From the NCBI GenBank assembly GCA_963737905.1, contig CAVTUQ010000019.1, forward strand, positions 1 through 64,000: 64,000 nt of DNA, read 5' to 3'. Position 1 is the stretch's first letter, and each line of letters starts with the position of its first letter. Under the pieces are notes generated by a model, which ran no database searches, was not told the origin of the DNA, and saw only the letters and a program-made list of their open reading frames with translations. This DNA is from an uncultured delta proteobacterium (GTDB taxonomy: Bacteria > Desulfobacterota > Binatia > UBA9968). Both the position numbers and the translations under genes were made by a program. This document shows, piece after piece, positions 11,066-22,862 of the stretch.

Positions 11066-12088
11066 TTACGGGTTCTTCCAGAATATTTCCATGTACTGTT
11101 TGTTGATCTCGTCGAACCGCGACATCATCTTCGGGTTGACCGGATGGAGGCGATAACCGGCGGTCTTCTTTCGCAAATCGGATTCCACGTTGGGGTTTGC
11201 CGGATAACTGCCGATAACATTTGCCGTCAAGCTCTGCCCTTCTTTAGAAAGCAAAAAGTCGACGAACAGCTTGGCGGCATTGGGATGTCGAGCGTGGGCA
11301 TAGATGCCGAGCAGGTGAGTAGAAGCCGGGATCGGGTTTCTTCCTGCCACCCATTCAATCGGCGCCCCGGCTTTCTGAATTCTCATGTAAGTATCGAGAT
11401 AAGTATTGGCCAGGATCGGGAACTCGCCGGCAGCGAGCAATTGAGTCAAGAGATTCTTGTTTTCCCGCATGTAGAGATCCTTGGCGGCGAGTTGCTTCAT
11501 GAACGCCAGGCCTGCTTGCTCGCCCATGATTTCAAGCATGACGGCCATCCAAGAGCTGTCGCGAAAGTCCATCGCGATCTGTTTGGGTCCCCATCGGGGA
11601 TGCAGCAAATCTTCATATCGCCTGGGCGCGATTTCGGGAGGAACTAACTTTGTATTGTAGGCCATACCCTGAACGCCGAGGTGCAAAATGTTCCAGTAAC
11701 CTTCCGGATCTTTTAATGAATCCGGATACCTTGCACGCTCGGGTGAGTCGTATTTCATCACCAACTTGCCTCGTGTCAGCTCGTTCCAGATTGTAAATGT
11801 TGCGCTGATGACATCGGCCTCGTGTTGCTGTGTGCGCGCTTCAAGCTGAATTTTGGGAAGCAGTTTCTGTGTGTTCGCCCGGTAAAGGGAGGTCTCGATG
11901 AAAGGATACTTTTTCTTGAACTCCGCTAGCAGTGCAGTGGCATTCTCCGTGAGCATGCTGGCATATACAATGAGCCTCCCTTCCTTTTTGGCCCCCTCCA
12001 GGATATTCAACTCCGCTGCGTAAGCCCAAGTCGTAGCCAACAGCGCAGCGAAACCGGTGACTAGAGATTTCAACCTGCGACGATTCAT
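11066..12088 (-). CDS. Extracellular solute-binding protein (Fe/thiamine/polyamine-type ABC SBP)
   Basis: Signal peptide; AKKEG.L..Y, YNTKLV, HPNAAKLFVDFLLSKEGQ. Confidence 0.88.
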   Translation of the reverse strand: MNRRRLKSLVTGFAALLATTWAYAAELNILEGAKKEGRLIVYASMLTENATALLAEFKKKYPFIETSLYRANTQKLLPKIQLEARTQQHEADVISATFTIWNELTRGKLVMKYDSPERARYPDSLKDPEGYWNILHLGVQGMAYNTKLVPPEIAPRRYEDLLHPRWGPKQIAMDFRDSSWMAVMLEIMGEQAGLAFMKQLAAKDLYMRENKNLLTQLLAAGEFPILANTYLDTYMRIQKAGAPIEWVAGRNPIPASTHLLGIYAHARHPNAAKLFVDFLLSKEGQSLTANVIGSYPANPNVESDLRKKTAGYRLHPVNPKMMSRFDEINKQYMEIFWKNP

Positions 12089-12212
12089 GGAACGCTCTCC
12101 TCGCTTGCGCGCAATTGTTTCCCACAATACTCAGACGAGGCGATGAGGGCAAGTTGAATATTCCCGTCAAAAACGGACCGCAATTCGAGTTGAAGTGGAT
12201 AATAGCGTTCGT

Positions 12213-13200
12213 TTAGTGGCTGTAAAGCTCCTTGACGAAGCCGCTATCCTCCAGCTCTTTGAGCGGGCGTGTTATCGTAGAAATCCTTTGGGTCGGCCGA
12301 CGCGGCCTTGGGGTTGTCCGAAAGCGACAGAACCGTGCGGATCGCCTCCTCGGGCATGTAAGGAACCTTTAAAAACAGATCGGCAAGGCTTTGATAGGAG
12401 TCGTCGATCATCTCGGGATCTTTGGTTCCGAGATATTCGGCGAGCGCTTTTTTCGCGACTTCGGGTTGCTCGTGAATGATTTTTATAGACGCGAGGTAAG
12501 CTTTGAGAAAACCTTTGATTGCTTCCGGGTTTTGCCGGATGAGAGATTTCCGAGTCGCGATGGCATTGTGCGGGTACGGATATTTGAACGAGGCGATGTC
12601 CACCAGTTTTTTGAAACCAAGACGCTTAGCCATCACGGTTGTCGGCGATGAGAACACTCCGCCCGCAATGATTCCCTTTTGTAAGGAGGCTAGGAGGTCT
12701 CCTTGCCGCGCAAAATAGAGAATCTTCACGTCTTGCCCGTAACGAATCCCGTACCGCTTAAAGAGCGCGATGGCAGCATGGTCGGAGGAAGCGCCTTTAG
12801 TAATGACTCCGAAAACCTTACCTCGGAGATCATTGATGTCCTTGATCTCGGGCTTGGCATAGACAGTAAATCCATAGGTTGAGAGCCCGATACCGACATA
12901 AGTGAGGTCGGCTCCGCCAAGGATGGCGCCGACGACCGCCCCGCCCGTGAGCGCTATGGCCACGTCACCGGCGATGAGCGAGTGGGTGAGGATAGCTCCA
13001 CCCGCGATGTAAATCGGCTTGACATCGATGCCGTACTGTTGGTCGAGATGGTTTTTGGCGATCACCCAGAGCGGCATCGAACCGCCGCTCAACTGGGGAT
13101 ATCCGACCGTGATGGGGGCCGCGGCGCTATTTTGGGGGCTTAGCATCGGCAACAACAGCAGGGCTAGCGCACAAACAAGCGACAGGCGCTTTGATTTCAT
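12213..13200 (-). CDS. NMT1/SsuA-type ABC substrate-binding protein (frameshift near 12265)
   Basis: Signal peptide; DLRGKVFG; family C-terminus LKELEDSGFVKELY read in the adjacent frame to TAA at 12213. Confidence 0.85.
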
Positions 13201-13335
13201 AGGGCGATCCTCCGAAATGCGCGGCTGAGGCCGAGCGAGTTCAATTTTGAGAGCACGATCCTATTCATTTCCCAGGAAAAGTTCCGTTGCGTCACGATAA
13301 ATAACGTGCACCCTTACGGCAAAATACCACCCCTT

Positions 13336-15019
13336 TCACTCTCGCGTCAAAGGTCGATATTTAATCCTATGCGGTTGCTCCACGGCGGCGCCGAGCCGGC
13401 TCTTGCGATCCGTCTCGTATTCCGAATAGTTGCCGTCAAACCAAATAACCTTGCTATCGCCTTCGAAGGCGAGGATATGAGTCGCGATGCGGTCAAGAAA
13501 CCACCGATCGTGAGAGATTACCACCGCGCAACCGGCAAAATTCTCCAGCGCTTCCTCCAGAGCGCGCAGTGTGTTCACATCCAGGTCGTTGGTCGGTTCG
13601 TCGAGCAGCAAAACGTTGGCGCCTTCTTTCAGCATCTTCGCCAGATGAACACGATTCCGTTCGCCGCCCGATAGCGTGCCGACCTTCTTTTGCTGGTCCG
13701 TTCCGGAGAAATTGAACCGGGCGACGTAAGCGCGGGAGTTCACTTCGCGAGCGCCGATTTTCAGTAAGTCAGTCCCGCCGCTGATCTCTTCCCAGATCGA
13801 TTTTTTGGGGTCGAGGGTGCGGCTCTGATCGACGTATCCCAGGGCAACCGTCTCGCCGATGCGAATCTTGCCGCTATCGGGTTGTTCTTGACCGATGATC
13901 ATGCGAAACAACGTCGTCTTGCCGGCGCCGTTGGGGCCGATGACGCCGACGATACCACCGGGAGGGAGCTTGAACGTCATGTCGTCCACTAAAACTTTAT
14001 CACCGTAGGCTTTGCCGACTCCTTCCGCTTCGATAACGACGTTGCCCAAGGCGCGGCCCCGGCGGAATGGGGATCTCCAGATCTTCGCGCCGTTTCTGCG
14101 CTTCCTGATCGAGCAATGCTTCATAAGCCGTGATGCGCGCTTTGCCCTTGGCGCGGCGCGCCTTCGGCGACATCCGAATCCATTCGAGCTCGCGTTCAAG
14201 CGTCTTTTGCCGCTCGCTTTCGGATTTTTCCTGGTGGCGCAAGCGCTCTTGCTTCTGTTCCAGCCAAGACGTGTAGTTGCCTTTGAACGGAATGCCCTGG
14301 CCACGATCCAGTTCCAGAATCCAACCGGCCACGTTGTCGAGAAAATATCGGTCATGCGTAACGGCGATTACCGTTCCCGGATAACTCTGCAGGTGACGCT
14401 CGAGCCACGCTACTGATTCGGCATCCAGGTGATTCGTCGGCTCGTCGAGCAGCAGAATGTCGGGCTTTTGCAAGAGCAGCCGGCAGAGAGCAACCCGGCG
14501 ACGTTCGCCGCCGGACAAGATCTTTACCGGCGTGTCTGGCGGCGGACAGCGGAGCGCGTCCATGGCCATCTCCAGCCGCGCATCGAGATCCCAGGCCTCC
14601 TGATGGTCCAGCTTCTCCTGCACTTGGCCCTGACGTTCGAGTAGCTTGTTCATGTCGTCGTCAGACATCGGTTCTGCAAACTTGGCGTTGATCTCTTCAA
14701 ACTCTTTCAGCAGCTTGACAGTCTCTTGTACGGCTTCTTCGACGACTTCGCGCACAGTTCGTGAATCGTCGATCAACGGTTCCTGTTCCAAATAACCTAC
14801 CGTATAACCCGGTGATAGCACGGCCTCGCCGTTGATCTCTTTGTCCACGCCCGCCATGATGCGCAAGAGCGACGACTTGCCCGAGCCGTTGAGACCGATC
14901 ACGCCGATCTTGGCGCCATAGAAGTAGGAAAGGTAGATGTCTTTGAGGACGGCCTTCTTGTCGTAGTACTTACCGACGCCGACCATAGAATAGATAACTT
15001 TGTTTGGTTCAGTGCTCAT
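13336..15019 (-). CDS. ettA: Energy-dependent translational throttle protein EttA (ABC-F), split by one extra G near 14047
   Basis: [38 protein letters not shown]; second cassette [21 protein letters not shown]; C-terminal PHRIKYRPL. Confidence 0.93.
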
Positions 15020-15179
15020 GATTGAATCGTGTTATCAAATTTGAAGCTTGCGTAGCAGATCTTCGATTAAGCTCCCTCACGTGCCCATGTGAAAATTATA
15101 CACGGACACGGGCCTGAAATCGAAAGGAGAAAGGCAAAGGGGGCGACCAGCCGGTCTCCACCCGCCGCAACGGCGCTCA

Positions 15180-17573
15180 TCACTTCTTCAGCTTGGCTCG
15201 CTCCAGCGCGATAGCGAACACGTTGGTGGGCTGTGGCTCGCGCCCTGGGGCGCGCTTGGGTTCGAGCGGACGACGGTCACGCGGGGCGCGCGCTGTTTCG
15301 AAATTAGCGTCTGCGGGCGTGTCGCCTGAGCGCGACGAGATGCCGGGCGCGTCCTCGAGGCGCATACTGAGAGCGATGCGCTGGCGCTTCGCGTCGACGT
15401 CGATCACTTTGACCTTGACGATCTGGCCGGGCTTGACGATTTCGTGCGGGTCTTTGACGAATTTGTTCGCCAGCGCAGACACGTGCACGAGGCCGTCTTG
15501 GTGCACGCCGACGTCAACAAAGGCGCCGAAGGCGGCGACGTTGGTCACGACGCCTTCGAGGATCATGCCGGGTTGCAGGTCGGCAAGCGACTCGATGCCG
15601 TCCTGGAATGTGGCGGTTTTGAATTCGGGGCGCGGATCGCGGCCGGGCTTTTCCAACTCGGTTAGGATGTCGCGCACCGTCGGGATGCCGAATTTGCCAT
15701 CGGTGAATTCGGCGGGCGAAAGCCCCTTCAGCGCCGCCGGTTGGCCCATCACCGCGCCGATTTCTTTGCCGATGCGCGCCAGAATGCGCTCGACTACCGG
15801 ATAGGCTTCCGGGTGAACCGAGGAGCGGTCCAGTGGATTGTCGCCGTCGTTGATGCGTAGGAACCCGGCGGCCTGCTCGAAGGTCTTATCGCCCATGCGC
15901 GGCACCTTGCGTATGGTTTTGCGATTCGTGAATGGGCCGTTGGCATTTCTGTACTCGACGATGTTTTTCGCCAGCGCGTTGTTCAGTCCCGACACGCGCG
16001 CCAGCAGCGGCGCCGAAGCGGTATTCACGTCTACGCCCACCGCGTTGACGCAGTCTTCGACGGTCGCATCGAGCGAGCGCGCCAGCGCGCGCTGGTTTAC
16101 GTCGTGCTGATATTGTCCCACGCCGATGGACTTGGGGTCTATTTTTACCAACTCGGCCAATGGGTCTTGCAGCCGCCGCGCGATGGACACGGCGCCGCGC
16201 AGGCTCACGTCCAGATCGGGAAACTCGGCGGCGGCGAATTCCGACGCCGAATAGACCGAAGCGCCGGCTTCGCTGACCACGATCTTGTTGAGCTTCCGTT
16301 CCGGCATCTTAGCCGCCACCAGCTTGATCACCTCGGCGGCGAGCTTGTCGGTCTCACGGCTGGCGGTGCCGTTGCCGATGGAGATCAATTCAACATTATG
16401 CTGCACCACCAGGCGTGCCAGCGTCGCCAGCGAGCCCTGCCAGTCATTGCGCGGCTGGTGCGGATAGAGGGTAGCGATCTCCAGCAGCTTGCCGGTGGCA
16501 TCGACGACCGCGACTTTGCAGCCGGTGCGTATGCCGGGGTCGAGGCCGAGCACGGCCTTGGGGCCGGCGGGTGCCGCCAGCAGCAACTCGTGCAAATTGC
16601 GGCCGAATATTTTGATCGCCTCGGCTTCTGCCGCTTCCCGCAATTGCATCAGCAGCTCGGTGCTGATATGCAGATGCGCCCGCACGCGCCAGGTCCAATG
16701 GCAAACGTCGGCGAGCCACTTATCGGCGCGACGGCCGCGGTCTACGATGCCGAAATGCGCTGCGATCATCGCTACGCATGGATGCGGCACGGCGGCGGCT
16801 TCGATTTCTTCGCCCAGCCCCAGTTCGATCTTCAGCACGCCCAGGCTTTGGCCGCGGAACAGCGCGAGCGCGCGATGCGAGGGGATCGTGCGTATGGCCT
16901 CGGAATAGTCGTAGTAATCACGGAACTTCTCCGCCTCGGCGGTTTCTTTGCCTTTGGCCACTTTGGAGGTAACGACGCCTTGTTCCCACATGCGGGCACG
17001 AAGTTTGGCCAGCAGTTCGGCCGTCTCGGCAAAACGTTCGGCAAGAATGTCGCGCGCGCCGTCGAGAGCGGCTTTCACGTCCGGAACACCGTTTTCGGCG
17101 ACAGGCTTGTCATTGATATATTTCGCCGCTTCCTGTTGCGGGTCGAACGTGGGATCGGCAAGCAGCGCATCCGCCAGCGGCTCCAGCCCGGCCTCGCGCG
17201 CAATCTGCGCCCGCGTGCGGCGCTTGGGCTTGTAAGGCAGGTAGATGTCTTCCAGTGCTTGCTTGGTAGCCGCCGTTTCGATGGCGCCGCGCAGTTCGTC
17301 GGTGAGCTTGCCCTGCTCCTCGATGGACGCCAGGATCACCGCGCGCCGTTCTTCCAGTTCGCGCAGATACAGCAGCCGTTCTTCCAGATTACGCAGTTGC
17401 GTGTCGTCCAGGTTGCCGGTGGCCTCCTTGCGATAGCGCGCGATGAAGGGCACCGTCGAACCTTCGTCGAGCAGCGCGACAGCCGCAGCAACCTGATGGG
17501 GCCCGGCGATGAGCTCCTTAGCGATGGTTTGAACAATCTTGATCTGGGCAGCTTCTGAAATGTTATTGGTCAT
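15180..17573 (-). CDS. tex: Tex family RNA-binding transcriptional accessory protein
   Basis: [45 protein letters not shown]-terminal S1 domain. Confidence 0.95.
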   Translation of the reverse strand: MTNNISEAAQIKIVQTIAKELIAGPHQVAAAVALLDEGSTVPFIARYRKEATGNLDDTQLRNLEERLLYLRELEERRAVILASIEEQGKLTDELRGAIETAATKQALEDIYLPYKPKRRTRAQIAREAGLEPLADALLADPTFDPQQEAAKYINDKPVAENGVPDVKAALDGARDILAERFAETAELLAKLRARMWEQGVVTSKVAKGKETAEAEKFRDYYDYSEAIRTIPSHRALALFRGQSLGVLKIELGLGEEIEAAAVPHPCVAMIAAHFGIVDRGRRADKWLADVCHWTWRVRAHLHISTELLMQLREAAEAEAIKIFGRNLHELLLAAPAGPKAVLGLDPGIRTGCKVAVVDATGKLLEIATLYPHQPRNDWQGSLATLARLVVQHNVELISIGNGTASRETDKLAAEVIKLVAAKMPERKLNKIVVSEAGASVYSASEFAAAEFPDLDVSLRGAVSIARRLQDPLAELVKIDPKSIGVGQYQHDVNQRALARSLDATVEDCVNAVGVDVNTASAPLLARVSGLNNALAKNIVEYRNANGPFTNRKTIRKVPRMGDKTFEQAAGFLRINDGDNPLDRSSVHPEAYPVVERILARIGKEIGAVMGQPAALKGLSPAEFTDGKFGIPTVRDILTELEKPGRDPRPEFKTATFQDGIESLADLQPGMILEGVVTNVAAFGAFVDVGVHQDGLVHVSALANKFVKDPHEIVKPGQIVKVKVIDVDAKRQRIALSMRLEDAPGISSRSGDTPADANFETARAPRDRRPLEPKRAPGREPQPTNVFAIALERAKLKK

Positions 17574-17655
17574 TGGATGATTATACCAAAGTATTTGCTA
17601 ATTATAGGCATGACATGGGAGCTTCGCTATCGTCGATTCCGGAATCGGAAATACA

Positions 17656-17680
17656 AGGGGCAGGTTTGAAACCTGCCCCT
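17656..17680. repeat. Perfect REP-like palindrome
   Basis: AGGGGCAGGTTT-G-AAACCTGCCCCT (12-bp arms). Confidence 0.75.
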
Positions 17681-17955
17681 AGGACTGACATGCAAATTTT
17701 GCTTCGGCTAGCTTACGCCTTCACCGGATTCACAATTCTATCCCGAATGTGTTGAGGTAGGTCTCTGTGAAACACATCATCATTAAACTTATATAATTTC
17801 GGGGGTACCAAACGTTTTGGCTTTAACTTCTGGTGAAATTACGATTTTCAGATCATTTAAACAGAGTCTTTCAGCTGACATCGGATCAGTGGCGATGGGG
17901 GCCATGGATGTGACGCGGACGATTTTGCCGGCGCCGTTGCAACCGTAGGAGCCGT

Positions 17956-18978
17956 TTATTCTCGTCCCTGCTGCGTGGCGATGGCTTCGACGTGTTTGGC
18001 CAAGTCTTCTTCGAACTGTGAGAAACTTTCCCAATACAACACTGGAACGTCATTAACATCGAAGGGGCGGTTGCTCCCTTTCTTCGCTACAACAATGATA
18101 TCTTTGTTCATTCCACTTGCGAGTCCTAGTTCCCAATAAACGTTGGATTTTTCCTCACTAATATCCGCTATGATAAACGCGCTCTGACGGATTCCTCGCA
18201 TGATCTCTGGTATGATGCGCTTGCGATCACTCGATTCGTCAACTCGCCTTGCGTTATAACCGAATCGTTGGCAGGCTTTTTGAATCGCGATGCGAAGATC
18301 TTTGTACTCCGGGGAATCTTTAAACGACATGATTACGAATACTTCACGACTGGTGACCATCCGTTCCGCAAGATTGATCACCGTTGTCGCCAACTGATTC
18401 CAATCCGTTGAAAGAGACTTGAGCACTGCTTCGTAATCTTTTTTTGAGACGTTTCCCGGATAAAGGGTTTCCACCCGTTTGGCCTCTTCCAAACAAATGT
18501 CCTTGGCTGCGCCCCCAAACAGAGAGATGGGAAGTAAGGGCTTGCGCTCGATGCGCGCCCAGTTTGCCGCACGATAAGTTCCGCGGAACCCGCCGATAAG
18601 AATCACGGCATCTGCATATCGAATAATTTCCGGCGCGTTAAGATCCTTACCTCCCAACTCCCAGTCAACCAATTCAGACTGCAAAATCGCGCCATGTTTG
18701 TGGATGGGTTCGGTTCCCTGGTTAACATAGCTGACAATACGTCGATGGAGTACTTCGTTGGTTGCATTCTGACTGAGCAAATATTGTTCGGCGCCATCTG
18801 CGACACTGGAATCCAGATCAGTTCGACAGCCCGTAAGAAGCACGTGCCCTTGACGCATCATCTCTTCTCCGAGAGTACGCGCGAAACTCATGATTTCCGC
18901 CGGAGACCGGGCGAGGGCTTTTTCATCCTTTTTATCCAGACCGCCCGCGACCAAAATGGTCAGTTTTCTCCCGGCCAT
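17956..18978 (-). CDS. SLOG-superfamily domain fused to a nucleoside 2-deoxyribosyltransferase/TIR-like domain
   Basis: N-terminal LLTGC..D..VADGA and ADAVILIGGFRGT...KP.LP...GGAA (SLOG); C-terminal VFVIMSF...RVD...IIADI...NVYWELG.A.G..K. Confidence 0.75.
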   Translation of the reverse strand: MAGRKLTILVAGGLDKKDEKALARSPAEIMSFARTLGEEMMRQGHVLLTGCRTDLDSSVADGAEQYLLSQNATNEVLHRRIVSYVNQGTEPIHKHGAILQSELVDWELGGKDLNAPEIIRYADAVILIGGFRGTYRAANWARIERKPLLPISLFGGAAKDICLEEAKRVETLYPGNVSKKDYEAVLKSLSTDWNQLATTVINLAERMVTSREVFVIMSFKDSPEYKDLRIAIQKACQRFGYNARRVDESSDRKRIIPEIMRGIRQSAFIIADISEEKSNVYWELGLASGMNKDIIVVAKKGSNRPFDVNDVPVLYWESFSQFEEDLAKHVEAIATQQGRE

Positions 18979-19077
18979 GGCGTCCTCCCTAAAAATTTTA
19001 TCTTAGTGTCCTTAGCGTTAGCTGCCGGCCTTGTGTTACCGAATACCTACGGAGGGGAATTGCCCGCTTTGATTCAC

Positions 19078-19102
19078 AGAGGCGACCGACTTGGTCGCCT
19101 CT
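19078..19102. repeat. REP-like hairpin / possible terminator downstream of the Mo-hydroxylase operon
   Basis: AGAGGCGACC-GACTT-GGTCGCCTCT. Confidence 0.65.
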
Positions 19103-19118
19103 ATGCTAAATATTTGTC

Positions 19119-21407
19119 TTACGCCTTCCCCGCCTCCTTCAACGCGCGCAGCACATTTTCCGGACTCAACGGCAACTTGTTAATCCGTACACCCACCGCA
19201 TTGTAAATCGCGTTGGCGATGGCGGCCATCGGCGGGACGCAGGCGATCTCGCCGGCCCCTTTGGCGCCGTAGGGGCCGGCGCCGGGGTAGCCGGACACCA
19301 ATGTCGTTTCGATGCGCGGCATCATGTTGATGGTCGGCATCAGGTAATCGACGAAGGACGGGTTCATGGTGCGGCCGTCTTTATCGAAGACGACTTGCTC
19401 GCATAGCGCCTGGCCGATGCTCATCGCCGCGGCGCCTTCGATCTGGCCTTCGACGGCGGCTTTGTGGATCGGCTGGCCGATGTCGTGGACCGCGACGTAT
19501 TTCAAGATTTTCACGTTGCCCGTGTCGGGACTCACCTCGACAATGCAGGCGTGCGCGGTGAACGGCTGCGAGCTGCCGTGGGCTTTTTCTTCGGCCACCA
19601 GTTCCAAGTTGTCGCAGTAGCCGCGGCCGATCACTTCGCCGATGACGTTGTGCGCGTTGGTGGCGACCGTGGCGAGCGCCACCGCTTTCGCCGGCGTGCC
19701 TTTCACCCGGATCTGCTTGTCGACGATCTCGAGATCGTCCGGGCTCGCTTCGAGCTGGCGCGCGGCCATTTTGAAGATCTGGTTGCGCGCGTCGATGGCT
19801 GCGAGTCGAGATGCGGTGCCGGAAACCAGAATGCCGCGGCTGCCGACCGTGCCGGCATCCCACGGGCTGGCATCGGTGTCGACGTTGACCACGGTAACAT
19901 CGCTCACTGGAATGCCGAGCTCTTCGGCAACGATCATCGGAATACCGAACCCGGGGATGGTGCCCATATCGATCTTGCCAATATGCACCGTCACCGAACC
20001 GTCTTCGTTGACTTTCACGATGGCGCCGCCGCCGGGACCGGCACTCTCGATCCACGAACCGGTGGCGATGCCGATGCCCTGGTTTTTTTCCAGCTTCACG
20101 GTGCCCCAGCCGATCTTCTCCTTGGCGATGCGGATGGTCTCACCCAGCGAAACATCGCGTAGCTTGGGCACGCCGACGATCTTGTCCCCGGCTTTAGGAA
20201 TATTCTTAAGGCGGAATTCTGTCGGATCCATACCGAGCTTGGCGGCGATGGAGTCCATATGCGACTCGACGGCGAATGCGGCCTGGGGTCCGCCCGGACC
20301 GCGCACCGGGCCGCAGACCTGCTTGTTGGTGTAAACGGTGTAGCCCTCGATGTGACAATTGGGCATCAGGTACCAGCCGCCGAGCATGTTGGTGCAGCGG
20401 CCGCCGGCCTGAACGCCGAAGCCAGAATAGCCACCGGCGTCGTAAAACACTTTGCCGGTGCGAGCGACGATGGTGCCGTCTTTTTTTACGCCGGTCTTGA
20501 TGTACATTTTGGCGCCGGCACGGATGGTCGTCGAGATGGTTTCCTCGGCCTTGTCGAGGACGATCATCACCGGCCGCTTGGCCTTGATCGCCAAAAGACC
20601 GCAGATCGGCTCGATGGCGGCGCCGGAGGTGATGCCGCTGCCCTTGCCGCCGAAGCCGCCGCCCAGGCCGGCGGAGATCACGCGCACGTTGTTGAGGGAG
20701 AGTCCGAGCGTTTTCGCCGTTTCCTGACGCACGGGAAAGGGCGCCTGGGCGTTGGCCCAAACGGTGAGACGGCCGTTGGGCTCCATCTGAGCCGCGGCGA
20801 TGCGCGGCTCGAGATACTGCGGATGGATCATTTTCGTCTCGTAAACTTCCTCGACCACGACATCAGCTTCGGCCATTGCCTTTTCGGCATCGCCGACATG
20901 GACGACGGCATGGCCGCAAATATTTTTAAGCTTCGCGTCCGCGGGAATCGTCTTCGGCAGCGGCATGTCTTCGTGCAAAGTTGGCGCGTCCGGCTTGGTC
21001 GCTTGTTCGGGATCGATGACCACAGGCAGCGGATCGTAGACGACCTTGATTTTTTTGAGCGCTTGCTTGGCGATCGCCGGTGATTCCGCGGCGACGGCGG
21101 CCACCGGGTCGCCCATGAAGCGCACTTTGCCGCGCGCCAGAACATGGCGGTCGATGTAACTACGACCGTAGCGCACGTTCGGCGCATCGTCGGCGGTGAC
21201 GACGGCGTGCACACCGGGAAGTTTTTCCGCTTCGCTAATGTCGATGCTGACGATTTTCGCGTGGGCGTACTGGCTGCGCAGGATCGCGCCGTGCAACTGA
21301 TCTTTGAGCATCAAGTCGATGCCGTAGACGCCCTTGCCGACGACGCGCTCGATGCCGCCCATTCTGGCGGGACTGCTGCCGATGATTTTGAGTTCTGGTT
21401 TGGCCAT
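19119..21407 (-). CDS. Xanthine dehydrogenase family molybdopterin-binding large subunit
   Basis: LRSQYAHAKI, GLGGGFGGK, RGPGGPQ, TVGSR, GQIEG, GAKGAGE. Confidence 0.93.
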   Translation of the reverse strand: MAKPELKIIGSSPARMGGIERVVGKGVYGIDLMLKDQLHGAILRSQYAHAKIVSIDISEAEKLPGVHAVVTADDAPNVRYGRSYIDRHVLARGKVRFMGDPVAAVAAESPAIAKQALKKIKVVYDPLPVVIDPEQATKPDAPTLHEDMPLPKTIPADAKLKNICGHAVVHVGDAEKAMAEADVVVEEVYETKMIHPQYLEPRIAAAQMEPNGRLTVWANAQAPFPVRQETAKTLGLSLNNVRVISAGLGGGFGGKGSGITSGAAIEPICGLLAIKAKRPVMIVLDKAEETISTTIRAGAKMYIKTGVKKDGTIVARTGKVFYDAGGYSGFGVQAGGRCTNMLGGWYLMPNCHIEGYTVYTNKQVCGPVRGPGGPQAAFAVESHMDSIAAKLGMDPTEFRLKNIPKAGDKIVGVPKLRDVSLGETIRIAKEKIGWGTVKLEKNQGIGIATGSWIESAGPGGGAIVKVNEDGSVTVHIGKIDMGTIPGFGIPMIVAEELGIPVSDVTVVNVDTDASPWDAGTVGSRGILVSGTASRLAAIDARNQIFKMAARQLEASPDDLEIVDKQIRVKGTPAKAVALATVATNAHNVIGEVIGRGYCDNLELVAEEKAHGSSQPFTAHACIVEVSPDTGNVKILKYVAVHDIGQPIHKAAVEGQIEGAAAMSIGQALCEQVVFDKDGRTMNPSFVDYLMPTINMMPRIETTLVSGYPGAGPYGAKGAGEIACVPPMAAIANAIYNAVGVRINKLPLSPENVLRALKEAGKA

Positions 21408-21410
21408 GAC

Positions 21411-21887
21411 TTACGCCCTCCCTGCGATTCTGTCGGCTGCGAGCTGGATCGCGTCGACGATCTTGTTATAGCCGGTGCAGCGGCAGATGTTGCCAGAGAC
21501 CGCTTCTTCGATGTCTTCCGTCGTCGGTTTCGTGGTCCGGTCGAGCAGGGCTTTCACCGAGATGATGTATCCCGGCGTACAATAGCCGCACTGCACGGCG
21601 CCGGTGTCGATGAAGGCTTGCTGCACCGGATGTAGCTTGTCGCCGTCGGCCAAACCTTCGATGGTGGTAATCTGTGCGCCGTTGGCATCGGCGGCCATGG
21701 TGACGCACGAGTTGATCGGCTTGCCGTTATAGATAATCGTGCAGGCGCCGCACTCACCCGTATTGCAGCAGAGTTTGGTGCCTTTGTATTCCAAAGTGTC
21801 GCGCAGGAATTCCAAGAGCGAAGTCGACGCTTCCGCACTGGCGCTGACCGACTTGCCGTTAATCGTAGTGTTGATTGTGAGACTCAT
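21411..21887 (-). CDS. (2Fe-2S)-binding small subunit (CoxS/CutS-like)
   Basis: C..GECGACT, QCGYCTPG, GNICRCTGY. Confidence 0.95.
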   Translation of the reverse strand: MSLTINTTINGKSVSASAEASTSLLEFLRDTLEYKGTKLCCNTGECGACTIIYNGKPINSCVTMAADANGAQITTIEGLADGDKLHPVQQAFIDTGAVQCGYCTPGYIISVKALLDRTTKPTTEDIEEAVSGNICRCTGYNKIVDAIQLAADRIAGRA

Positions 21888-22757
21888 TACGCTACCTCCT
21901 TGCCGGTTGCCGCTTGCCAGCTCTGTTGTAGACCTCGGCGGGTCAGTGCTTCGACGATCCAGCGGCGGTTTTCCGCGCTGCTGCGTTGATCGCTGATCGG
22001 GCTCGATTCCGATGCCGCCATTTGTGCGGCCTCTTTGGCCAGTGCTGCGGTCAGTGATTTGCCGCGCAGCATCGATTCGGTCTTCGTCGCGCGAATCGGC
22101 GTCGGCGCGACCGCGCCCAGACCGATGCGGACATCTTGTAAACTATTCTTTGCGGTATCGGGTGTAACTAAGACGGCGACGCCGACCATGGCGATATCCA
22201 TGGCGCCGCGCACCGCGTGTTTGAGATACACGCCGCGGCTACCGTTCGGCGGATAAGGGATCTCGATCTCCGTAAGCAATCCTTTGTAACCCAGAGCGGT
22301 CTTGCCCGGCCCCTGGAAAAAGGATTTGAATGGCTCGACCTTTCTCTCCGTCGGCAAAAGCAAGCTTGCCCTTCGCCTCTAACACCAGCAGCGGCGCCAG
22401 TGTTTCTCCCGAAGGCGAGGCCCGGCAGATGTTGCCGCCGACCGTAGCCGTGTTGCGGATCTGCAGCGACGCGAACTGATGGCAGGATTCCCAAAACACC
22501 GGCAGCCGCTCGCGCACGATCGAGTTCGTCTCAATCTCGCGGATCGTCACCAGCGATCCGACGCGCAGACTGCCGCCGTTTTCCTGGATTGCGCCCAGGC
22601 CGGGGATTTTCTTGATATTCACCAAGCAACCCGGTTCCTCCTTATACTTTATGTCGACCATCACATCGGTGCCGCCGGCGATCACCTTGGCCTGCTCGCC
22701 ATATTTCGCCAGTAGTGACAGAGCTTCGCTTAACGTCTTCGGCTCAAAATAATCCAT
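21887..22757 (-). CDS. FAD-binding medium subunit (CoxM/CutM-like), frameshift near 22345
   Basis: IAGGTD, QIRNTATVGGNIC in ORF 22239..22772; RIGLGAVAPTP, SPISDQRSS in ORF 21887..22363. Confidence 0.9.
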
Positions 22758-22779
22758 AAATGTTCTCCTCAATGAAAGC

Positions 22780-22862
22780 TGGAGTAATGGAATGGTGGAA
22801 CAATGGAAGCAATGTATCTAGACCCAGACCCGCTATTCCAACATTCCAATGTTCCAATAACT
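22780..22862. repeat. Short-unit (~8-nt) tandem array followed by its inverted copy
   Basis: TGGAGTAA TGGAATGG TGGAACAA TGGAAGCA ... TATTCCAA CATTCCAA TGTTCCAA. Confidence 0.7.

Noticed and set aside
14000-14100. Programmed ribosomal frameshift in ettA
   Set aside because: No slippery heptamer; an extra G in a short run, like many other slips in the window, is better explained by sequencing error.
16104-17558. Long antisense ORFs (484 aa here; also 56460..57635, 41090..41935, 43966..44748)
   Set aside because: Shadow ORFs opposite well-supported high-GC genes, with no recognisable motifs.
17712-17955. Possible gene remnant between tex and the SLOG fusion (minus strand)
   Set aside because: Short, interrupted and not assignable to any family from sequence alone.
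19119-22757. Aerobic CO dehydrogenase (coxMSL)
   Set aside because: The active-site loop reads GPVRGPG rather than AYxCSFR/AYxGAGR; only a generic xanthine dehydrogenase-family call is supported.
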